Below are positions 36,676 through 44,680 of a DNA stretch of 64,000 nucleotides, piece after piece; positions within the stretch are counted from its first letter, which is position 1, and each line of letters begins with the position of its first letter. Origin of the DNA: Candidatus Omnitrophota bacterium. Its GTDB lineage: Bacteria > Omnitrophota > Gorgyraeia > Zapsychrales > Fredricksoniimonadaceae. The position numbers were made by a program, and so were the translations under genes. Location: the NCBI GenBank assembly GCA_037131245.1, contig JBAXRK010000008.1:20474-84473 (forward strand). The letters are read 5' to 3'. The notes beneath the pieces were generated by a model. The model saw only the letters and a list, made by a program, of their open reading frames with translations. It did no database searches and had not been told where the DNA came from.

Positions 36676-37998
36676 TTAAATATTAAAGAAAATGACGCGT
36701 CGCTCGTCGGAAGAAGCGTACAGTTTGACCGCTTCGGCCAGGGGAAGGGCCTTGATAATAATGGTCTTTTTTTTCAAGAATTTCAACGCTTTGGCGGCCA
36801 GGGAGGTCTTTTTGCCTTTACCGCAGGCAATAATAAATAACTCAGGCCCTTTACGGCAAATAATCTCCAAGTCGCTCTCGGTCAAATAAGAAGGCGTAAG
36901 GTCCCCTGGTTCCTTAACCTTCCCGTCCGCGCGGATAAAGAACGAGGATTGCATCAGTTTGCCTTTAACGCTCACCTTCTTTGAAGGGGTCAGCCGAAGC
37001 AAGGGATAATAGGGCGCGTCTTTAAGGTCTTTGGGATCGCATTCCTGGCGCACCGCGGCCACGCCGCCTAGCATCGCGGCGTCATCGCCCAATTTAGCCT
37101 GCAGCACTTTAGGCGTATTTAATTTCGAAAAGAAAGGATCGCTCTTCAGCGCCTTGGCAATGACCGGCAGAATATGATCGCCGCAGGACTCCACCACCCC
37201 GCCGCCAAGAATGAAGGCCTCGGGATTAAAAATATGATTAAGCGATACACAGGCACTGCCAAGGGCATCCGCGGCTTTTTTCATCACGCGCGTCACCAGC
37301 GGGTCTTTCGCCAGCAGGGCTTTCTTCAAAGCGCCGCTCTTGATCTGCTTAAGCTCCTTACCGGCAATATCCGTGATCAGCGACTTCTCGCCTTTTTTAA
37401 CCGCCGCGCGGATATCCCGTTCGATCGCCCAGCGCCCGGCCACTGCCTCAAGGCACCCTTTATTGCCACAGGTGCACGATGGACCATTGGGATCAACGCT
37501 CACATGCCCCAGCTCAGCCGCCGCGCCCTGAGCGCCATCCATCATACGGCCACCCACAATAACCCCGCCGCCCACGCCCGTTCCCGGAAATATGCCCACG
37601 ACATCATCGGCCTTATGCGCCGCACCCAGCCAGCGTTCGCCCATCACGCCGAAATTCACGTCATTGCCCACCGCCACGCGCGTGCCGTATTTGCCAACCA
37701 GGATCTTTTTAAGGTCCACGCCCCCTAACTCGATATTCGGCGTCACAACCACTTTGCCGCTGGCGTTAACGACGCCAGGCACGGCCACCCCGATACCCAG
37801 GACATTTTTCAGCTCGACTCCTTCCTCTTTGAGAAGGTCTTTGACCACTTGATGAACGGCCGAAAGGATAGCGCGGGCATTGGCTTTGGCCGGCGTGGAA
37901 AGCTTAATCGTGCGCGCGATCTCGCCCGAAGGGCTGACCAACCCGCCGTAGATCTTGGTGCCGCCAATATCGATGCCTATGAAGTACTTTTTTAACAT
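36676..37998 (-). CDS. ROK-family sugar kinase (glucokinase-like) fused to a C-terminal Mth938/DUF498-like domain
   Basis: N-terminal IGIDIGGTKI and the ROK zinc motif CTCGNKGCLEAVAG. The last 115 aa or so (..PELFIIACGKGKKTSLAAKALKFLKKKTIIIKALPLAEAVKLYASSDERRVIFFNI) follow the Mth938-domain pattern. Confidence 0.7.
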   Translation of the reverse strand: MLKKYFIGIDIGGTKIYGGLVSPSGEIARTIKLSTPAKANARAILSAVHQVVKDLLKEEGVELKNVLGIGVAVPGVVNASGKVVVTPNIELGGVDLKKILVGKYGTRVAVGNDVNFGVMGERWLGAAHKADDVVGIFPGTGVGGGVIVGGRMMDGAQGAAAELGHVSVDPNGPSCTCGNKGCLEAVAGRWAIERDIRAAVKKGEKSLITDIAGKELKQIKSGALKKALLAKDPLVTRVMKKAADALGSACVSLNHIFNPEAFILGGGVVESCGDHILPVIAKALKSDPFFSKLNTPKVLQAKLGDDAAMLGGVAAVRQECDPKDLKDAPYYPLLRLTPSKKVSVKGKLMQSSFFIRADGKVKEPGDLTPSYLTESDLEIICRKGPELFIIACGKGKKTSLAAKALKFLKKKTIIIKALPLAEAVKLYASSDERRVIFFNI

Positions 37999-38042
37999 AA
38001 GATCAAGTTTACACCAGCTCCCGTCGAATGTCGATAATGTTT

Positions 38043-38876
38043 TCAGGTACTGATAAAAAATTCATCGATCAGGTCCCCATCAATATCATAAACCCGCACC
38101 CGGCAGGCATTCTTTTCCATCGACAAAAGACAGAAATGAAAAGCCCGTTTGAATTTCACCAGCGCCGGATCTTCACGGTATTGATGGTCCAAATGTGACC
38201 CGCCGCCGCCGGTAACGATCTGCGTAAAGCCCCCGGACGCGAAACGCTGATAACTGTGGTCATGGCCGGAAAAAGCCAGCTTGAGCCCGAACTTGTTAAA
38301 AAGCGGCAGCAAATAAGGCCGCTGCCCTTTTTCATCGGCCTGATGGCGCCCGACATCGAACAGAGGATGATGAAAGATCGCGACCGGGAACAATCCCTGA
38401 CGGCGGGCCTCTTTCAGGTCGTCTTCCAACCAACGATATTGTAGCGACCCCGGCTTCAGAGCGACATTACTGTCCAGGACGATAAAATGAATACCTTCCC
38501 GGTTGACCGAATACCAGTGCCGGCCTTTAACGACCGGAAAATTCTTGAAATATAAATGTGACGAACGCTCATGGTTCCCTAACGCCGGATAATATTCCGT
38601 CGAAGACAAAAGCGGGGCATTGATAGCGTTGAAATCTTTCCAGAGCTCCGGGTCAAGGCCGTTATCCACCAGGTCGCCCACCCGGAAAACCGCGGCTGGC
38701 TTCGCGGCCGCCACCGCCGCGACAACCTTGCGCTGTGCGGCCGGATCATGCTGGCTGTCCCCGAAGATCGCCACCGGCGCGGCCAGCGCGACCGCCTGGG
38801 TAAGGACGCCAAGGAACAAGGACAGGACGATCCGCGTCCAGGACCGGCCAATGAAGCGCATCGTCAATCCCTTCAT
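38043..38876 (-). CDS. secreted calcineurin-like metallophosphoesterase
   Basis: Signal peptide; motifs GDSQHD, GDLVDNG, GNHE, GHDH. ATGA overlap with the upstream gene. Confidence 0.75.
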   Translation of the reverse strand: MKGLTMRFIGRSWTRIVLSLFLGVLTQAVALAAPVAIFGDSQHDPAAQRKVVAAVAAAKPAAVFRVGDLVDNGLDPELWKDFNAINAPLLSSTEYYPALGNHERSSHLYFKNFPVVKGRHWYSVNREGIHFIVLDSNVALKPGSLQYRWLEDDLKEARRQGLFPVAIFHHPLFDVGRHQADEKGQRPYLLPLFNKFGLKLAFSGHDHSYQRFASGGFTQIVTGGGGSHLDHQYREDPALVKFKRAFHFCLLSMEKNACRVRVYDIDGDLIDEFFIST

Positions 38877-40219
38877 GTTGCTACCTTAAAAGCGACCGTC
38901 AGTCCGAAGATCCGCTCCAGCAGGTCAGCTTTGACCCGGGCTACCGCGATCTCCTCGGAAATATCCCTGCCGCGCCGGGGCGTGACGGTAAAAGTGAGCC
39001 TTTTCTCGCCCAGCGAAACTTTTACCTGGGTTACCAGGGAACGATGCGTGCGGTCCAGTCCGTCGGCAATACGCAAGCAAGCGGTTAGGGCGCCCACCGT
39101 CTCCTGCTCGTAAGACGTCAACTGGTCATAATAGCGATGCTCAACATCCGGCAGGCTGCCGCGATGATAACGGGCAATAAGCGCCACCAGCACCCGCTCG
39201 CGGGCATCCAGCGGCAGGGAGCGGTCCTTAAGGATCAGGTCACGGGACGTCTTATGATGGCCTTCCTTGCCGTAGACAAAACCTATATCATGCAGGACCG
39301 CCGCCACGCGCAGATAAACCGACTCGCGCCAACCGAGCTTATGCAACGATTTAAGTTCATCAAAAAGCTGCCCGGCCAGGCGCATCACCTGAAGCGAATG
39401 GGCTTCATGCGGGGTTTTATGGCAAAGCGCCATCGCCGCCTGAAGGCATTGTTCCGTGGCGTCGCTTTTCAAACCGACGATCTCCTCCAGGCTGCGCGCT
39501 TCCTCGAAAGAACGGGTCAACCGGTCCGGAAAACCACGGTCGCGCATCGCGACGGTCAACTCGTCCAGGGAGTACGGAACACGGATATGTTCAACATCCA
39601 TTTTTCCGGAAAGGCCGAAGCTCACAATGGCGTAGGAGGCGCGCAGGTCATTATCGAAAGACCGGCCCACGCCGCCGGGATTGATGAACCTGACGCCACC
39701 GGCCACGCGGTCAAAAAACTCATGGGTATGCCCGCATAAAACAAGCCTGACACCATCTTTCGTCAGCAGGGAGGCGATATCCAGCAACTTGGCCACCGGC
39801 GTGCGCGGGGTCAAACAATCGCTCATGCCCTGCGGGCTGCCGTGGGTCATCAACACCCGGACACCTTCGACCAAGACCGGCTCGGTCCGGGGGATCCGCG
39901 CGATGAACGCCAGGCTCTCAGGTGAAAGGGCCTGATGGGTCCACTCAAATGAAAAAACCTTGTCGGGGTCCTTGCCCGCCGCGCGCATTTTTGCGGCGTG
40001 GGTGCCGTCGGCGCATTTAATATCGTGATTACCCAGGACATGACGCAAACACGCCTGGCGTAACAGGTCGATGCATTCGTTGGGAAAGGGCGCGTAGCCG
40101 ATCATATCGCCGAGGTTCCAGCACTCATCAACCGAGCGGCTGCGCGCGTCGGCGATCACGGCCTTGAGGGCCGGCAAGTTGGCGTGCACATCAGCAAAAA
40201 GGGCGATCCGTTTCTTCAT
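38873..40219 (-). CDS. chimeric protein: YfcE-type metallophosphoesterase domain fused to a Ppx/GppA C-terminal HD-like domain
   Basis: The N-terminal half carries DVHAN, GDMIGY, GNHD and GHTH motifs. The C-terminal half (HSLQVMRLAGQLFDEL..LRVAAVLHDIGF..GHHKTSRDLI..LIARYHRG..LRIADGLDRTH) follows the Ppx domain III/IV pattern. I prefer the start at 40219 (MKKRIALFADVH), which makes an ATGA overlap with the CHAD stop. Confidence 0.65.
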   Translation of the reverse strand: MKKRIALFADVHANLPALKAVIADARSRSVDECWNLGDMIGYAPFPNECIDLLRQACLRHVLGNHDIKCADGTHAAKMRAAGKDPDKVFSFEWTHQALSPESLAFIARIPRTEPVLVEGVRVLMTHGSPQGMSDCLTPRTPVAKLLDIASLLTKDGVRLVLCGHTHEFFDRVAGGVRFINPGGVGRSFDNDLRASYAIVSFGLSGKMDVEHIRVPYSLDELTVAMRDRGFPDRLTRSFEEARSLEEIVGLKSDATEQCLQAAMALCHKTPHEAHSLQVMRLAGQLFDELKSLHKLGWRESVYLRVAAVLHDIGFVYGKEGHHKTSRDLILKDRSLPLDARERVLVALIARYHRGSLPDVEHRYYDQLTSYEQETVGALTACLRIADGLDRTHRSLVTQVKVSLGEKRLTFTVTPRRGRDISEEIAVARVKADLLERIFGLTVAFKVAT

Positions 40220-41097
40220 GGGCGGTCGAGGGTAAAATAGCTGAGGCGCGCCCAGGTCTTCTGTTTTTTGAGGCGCGACCAGACAAAAAGGAATTCCTGG
40301 TAAGCGGTCGCGCGGCGGCGGGTGCACTCCTCATGCAGAAAATTAACGGCGCGGCGAAAGTGGACGTCGCGGCTGGACGAATCCTTGAAGATCCTGATCA
40401 GGCCCAGCCACACGTCAAAATTATGCATGTCCCCCAGGGCCCGCTGCACCTTCATGGCGGCAAAAATGAACGGCTTGACCTTGTTACCGTACAAGCACTC
40501 AAAATTCTCCAGGGTGTACCTTAAATTCTTCGCCGCGATGCGCATCTCATGAAGTTCCTTGATACAGGACTCCTTGCGGACATACGGCTCAAGGCTGAAC
40601 ATCTTCTGCAAGCGCTCGAGCACATTGTTCTTGGCCCACTCGTCGAGAACAACACCGGTCTCCTCCAGGGAAGGCTTCAGCCGCCGGAGGGATTTGAATA
40701 CTTGCTCCTGATGCAAACGGGAAAGGTCCTTAAGGATGCGCGGTTGTATCTCGGCACGGTCCTCGCGCAACTCATCAATGAGCTCAAAAAGGCCCTCGCG
40801 ATACTTAAGGCCTGAAGGCCCGGCGGCCAGTTCGGTCAAAAAAGAGATCTTGGTATCAATGTCGCGCGCCTGGCCAAGCGAACGCAGGAGACTCTTGATA
40901 TTCATGAAGGCCGTCTGGTATTCCCGCGTGCCGATGGTCTCCTTGAAATCCGCCAGCGTGCTCTTGAGCCGCCGCAGGTCCACCCGCATCCTATGCAGGT
41001 GCTCAATGTCCTGCCCCGCCCGCACCCCTTTAACCTCGGCTTCAACAGCGGCAATATGCTTTTCCACCAACTTGCTGAATAAGGAATGTTCGTTCAT
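40216..41097 (-). CDS. CHAD domain protein
   Basis: Repeated HRMRVDLRRLKS / HEMRIAAKNLRYTLE conserved-histidine helices. Located in the polyphosphate operon. Confidence 0.8.
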   Translation of the reverse strand: MNEHSLFSKLVEKHIAAVEAEVKGVRAGQDIEHLHRMRVDLRRLKSTLADFKETIGTREYQTAFMNIKSLLRSLGQARDIDTKISFLTELAAGPSGLKYREGLFELIDELREDRAEIQPRILKDLSRLHQEQVFKSLRRLKPSLEETGVVLDEWAKNNVLERLQKMFSLEPYVRKESCIKELHEMRIAAKNLRYTLENFECLYGNKVKPFIFAAMKVQRALGDMHNFDVWLGLIRIFKDSSSRDVHFRRAVNFLHEECTRRRATAYQEFLFVWSRLKKQKTWARLSYFTLDRP

Positions 41098-43133
41098 GAC
41101 GCCTGGCCATAATGTTTAATAAAGAAATCCTGGGCATTGACCTTGTCTTCGGTCGCTTTGCGGAACGAATACGTGCGTTGCGGTAACAGCAGGCGCGCGC
41201 GCTGATTGTCTTTCCAGGTCTGGTCGAGCACGAAACGCAAATGGTCCTTAAGTTCCTGGCGATGGATCTCGAAAAGAAGTTCAATACGCCGGTCGAGGTT
41301 GCGATGCATCCAGTCGGCAGAGGAAAGGAACACCCGGAACTCGGAATTGTTGTTGAACAGAAAAATACGGCTATGTTCCAGGAACCGCCCCACCACGCTT
41401 TTGACCGTGATATTCTCGCTTAAGCCCGGAACGCCGGGCACCAGCACGCAAATGCCGCGCACGATCAAATGGACCTTCACCCCTTCGCGCGAGGCCTCGT
41501 AAAGCTTGTCGATCATGCGGGTGTCTTCGAGTGAATTGACTTTGGCGAACACAAAGCCATTGCCATAGACCCGCTGGAATTCGATCTCCTTGTCGATGAG
41601 CTCAAAGAAATACTCGCGCAGGTCGTTCGGCGAAGAAATGACCCGCTTCCAGCGCGCCGGCTGGGAATAACCGGAGATCACGTTAAATACGTCGGAAATA
41701 TCCCGCGCGAAATCGTCGTTGGCGGTGAAATACCCGATATCAGTATAGACCCGCGCGGTCTTCTCGTTGTAATTGCCGGTCGACAGGTGCACATAACGCC
41801 GCGTGCGATTCTCCTCGCGCCGCACGATGAGCGCGATCTTGGAGTGGATCTTCATCCCCGCGATGCCGTAAATAACGTAACACCCGGCTTCCTCGAGCTG
41901 GCGCGCCCAGCCGATATTACGCTCCTCATCGAAGCGGGCCTTGATCTCTACGAGCACCGTCACTTGCTTTTTATTTTTGGCCGCCACCTTCAGCGCGGCC
42001 ACGATCTCGCTGTCTTCGCTGGCGCGGTAAAGGGTCATCTTGATCGCCAGCACGTCGGGATCGATCGACGCCGCCTTGATCAGGTCGACTGTTGGCTGGA
42101 ACGACTGATACGGCATATGAAGAATGAAATCCTCTTCCTTGATCCTATCAAAAATATTATCGTAGGCGATCTTGGCCGGTACATACGTTGGAAAGAAAAG
42201 CGCCGCCACCCCCGCCTGCCCCACCAGCTGGAACAGGAACGTCAGGTCCATTTCGCCGTCAATACGAGTAACGTCATCCTTAAGGAAACCAGCCGCCTCA
42301 GTGATCGCGTCCAGGAGCGCTTCCGGGCAAGCTTGCTCGAGGGCCAGCTGCACCACCTTCGCGCGCGGGCGCTTCTTGATCTCTTCCTCGATCGACTCCA
42401 GCAGGTTCGGTGAAAATTCCTCGTCCACCGATAATTCGCTGTCACGGATCAAGCGGAAAAGCGAAGCGCCGGTTATGTCGTACCCGCGAAAAAAGCTCTT
42501 AAGATTGTCGCGGATGATCTCGTCGATCAGGATGAATTCCAGCCCGTTCTTCGATGAAGGGAGCTTCAGCACGCGCGGGATGCTCTGGGGGACCGGGATG
42601 ACTGCCAGGCGGGCTTCACCCTTATACAGCAGGTGGACCGCGAACGCCAAGGTTTTGGAAGCCAGCACCGGGAAGGGATGCCCCTGGTCGATGGCCATGG
42701 GCGTGATGATCGGGTACAGGGTCGCATCGAAGAACCGTTTAACGAATTTCTGCTGATCAGCGGTAAGCTCCCCGGCGTGTCGGATGAAAATGTTCTCCGC
42801 CGCCAAACCGGGCTTAAGCCCCGACTCGTAGACCGTATAAAGTTTTGCCACCAGCTTCAGAATCGTTTCGCGGACCTCACGGTACACATCCTGCGGATAA
42901 TACCCGTAAATATCCTCACGGTTATACTGGGCATCGATCAGCCGCTTGAGGCCGGCCACCCGCACCATGATGAACTCGTCAAGATTATTGGCAAAGATCG
43001 CCAGGAAACGGGCCCGCTCGAGCAGCGGATTCTCAACCTCGGCCGCCTCTTCAAGGACACGCTCATTGAACGCCAACCAACTCAGGTCACGATGGATGAA
43101 CCTATCTTTTTCGTTGAACTTTTCGTCGCTCAT
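41094..43133 (-). CDS. ppk: polyphosphate kinase 1
   Basis: 679 aa. N-terminus RFIHRDLSWLAFNERVLEEA. PLD-like tandem C-terminal domains (HSKIALIVRRE..; LEHSRIFLF). Confidence 0.9.
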   Translation of the reverse strand: MSDEKFNEKDRFIHRDLSWLAFNERVLEEAAEVENPLLERARFLAIFANNLDEFIMVRVAGLKRLIDAQYNREDIYGYYPQDVYREVRETILKLVAKLYTVYESGLKPGLAAENIFIRHAGELTADQQKFVKRFFDATLYPIITPMAIDQGHPFPVLASKTLAFAVHLLYKGEARLAVIPVPQSIPRVLKLPSSKNGLEFILIDEIIRDNLKSFFRGYDITGASLFRLIRDSELSVDEEFSPNLLESIEEEIKKRPRAKVVQLALEQACPEALLDAITEAAGFLKDDVTRIDGEMDLTFLFQLVGQAGVAALFFPTYVPAKIAYDNIFDRIKEEDFILHMPYQSFQPTVDLIKAASIDPDVLAIKMTLYRASEDSEIVAALKVAAKNKKQVTVLVEIKARFDEERNIGWARQLEEAGCYVIYGIAGMKIHSKIALIVRREENRTRRYVHLSTGNYNEKTARVYTDIGYFTANDDFARDISDVFNVISGYSQPARWKRVISSPNDLREYFFELIDKEIEFQRVYGNGFVFAKVNSLEDTRMIDKLYEASREGVKVHLIVRGICVLVPGVPGLSENITVKSVVGRFLEHSRIFLFNNNSEFRVFLSSADWMHRNLDRRIELLFEIHRQELKDHLRFVLDQTWKDNQRARLLLPQRTYSFRKATEDKVNAQDFFIKHYGQAS

Positions 43134-43136
43134 AAA

Positions 43137-44669
43137 TCAGTAACTCTCGTTGATCACCAACCGGATCTGGCTCCCGGTGATGCGTTCAAATAGCTCTTTT
43201 TTCTCAAGAAAATCGTTCTTCTCCAGAAGAAAGTTATCCTTGGAATCAACCTCCAGCGTTATGTCATCGCTGGTACCGTTAATGACCTTAAGCTCCTGCA
43301 CTTTCTGCCGATGCGCGTGGTCCAGCGAATTGGCGATGCGCAGCAGCGCCGACAGCTTCTGCACCGCGATCTGACGGTCATCAGAAAGGCTGTTATAAAC
43401 CAGATGCGATTTCTGCGGGTCGCCGCGGCGATGATAGCGCGCCACGCAGGCGATGGTCTTGATCTCCTCATCGGTCAGGCGGAACAGGTTGAGCGAGCTG
43501 ATGATATATTCCGAATGCTTGTGATGCGCGCGATTGGAAATGAATTTCCCGATATCATGCAGGTAAGCCGCCAGGCTTAAGTACAGCAGGTCGCGCTCCT
43601 CGAGCCCGAGTTGCGGCGCCAGACCGTCAAAAAGAACTTGCGCCAGGTGCGCCACATGCTTGGCATGATCGATGTTGACGTTATACTGTTCGCAGATCGA
43701 ATGCGCTACCGACAGGAGCTGATTGGTCTTGTTGTAGCGTTTCGACAATTCAAGGCCCAGGATCTTGTTGGCCAGCACCGCCTCCGCCAGCGACGTCTCG
43801 AGAATGTACACCTGCGGGATACCGGTCAGCGTAAAAAACATCTTGAGGATGATCATGTAGGGCAAAAGCGCGTCGGTATTCTCCAGGGGCAGGTCGTATT
43901 CGCTAGCGATCTCCTCGTTGGTCTTGGTCGCCAGGAGCTCGATGACCTTGTCCACCTCACCCACCGAGACCTGATAAAAATTGGCAGACACTTTTTTGCT
44001 CGGCAAAATGGCCTTAAGCAACTCCTGGTTCTCGTCGATCAGGAAAATGTCGTCCACATTAAGCCGCGGCAGGCGCGTTTTTAAATATTGGAACTCGTTC
44101 TCAATGTATTCCTCAACGGCCTCGGCCAGCTCTTCCTTGCTGCCATCGATCTTGCCCGTCAACTGCTTGAACCTCAGGCCACCGAGCGCGAGGCCCGTAT
44201 TCATCAGGGTAAAACCTTTCTTAAGGACCGAGATATCCAGGCTACCGGCGCCCATTTCCGCGATCAGGAGGTTCTTGTTATGGACGGGATAAGTACCCTT
44301 GAGCTTATGGGAAATATACGCGTCGATATAATAAACGATATCGCCCACGTTGAGGACATCGATCTCGAGGCCGGTCTTGCGCCGGATCGTATCAACGAAA
44401 ATATTCCGATTATCCGCCTCGCGCACCGCGGTCGTGCCAATAACGAACAACTGGCTGACATTGTATTCAGCCAGGATCTTTTTATATTTCTCGAGTGTGT
44501 TAATGGTGAGATTGATCAGTTCCTGCGTGATGCTGCCCTTAAGGAACGTGGCCCGCCCGATGGGCACGACGTTCTTCAGGGACTCAATGATCATGATGTC
44601 GCCGCTCGACGGCTCACCGATGAGCAGCTTGATGGAATTCGACCCGATATCGATAACGCCGGAAGCCAT
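43137..44669 (-). CDS. ppx: exopolyphosphatase / Ppx-GppA family phosphatase
   Basis: ASKHA N-terminus (VIDIGSNSIKLLIGE) and a C-terminal HD-like domain (LHDIGKFISNRAHHKHSEYII..ARYHRRG). Confidence 0.85.
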   Translation of the reverse strand: MASGVIDIGSNSIKLLIGEPSSGDIMIIESLKNVVPIGRATFLKGSITQELINLTINTLEKYKKILAEYNVSQLFVIGTTAVREADNRNIFVDTIRRKTGLEIDVLNVGDIVYYIDAYISHKLKGTYPVHNKNLLIAEMGAGSLDISVLKKGFTLMNTGLALGGLRFKQLTGKIDGSKEELAEAVEEYIENEFQYLKTRLPRLNVDDIFLIDENQELLKAILPSKKVSANFYQVSVGEVDKVIELLATKTNEEIASEYDLPLENTDALLPYMIILKMFFTLTGIPQVYILETSLAEAVLANKILGLELSKRYNKTNQLLSVAHSICEQYNVNIDHAKHVAHLAQVLFDGLAPQLGLEERDLLYLSLAAYLHDIGKFISNRAHHKHSEYIISSLNLFRLTDEEIKTIACVARYHRRGDPQKSHLVYNSLSDDRQIAVQKLSALLRIANSLDHAHRQKVQELKVINGTSDDITLEVDSKDNFLLEKNDFLEKKELFERITGSQIRLVINESY

Positions 44670-44680
44670 GACCGTCCCCT

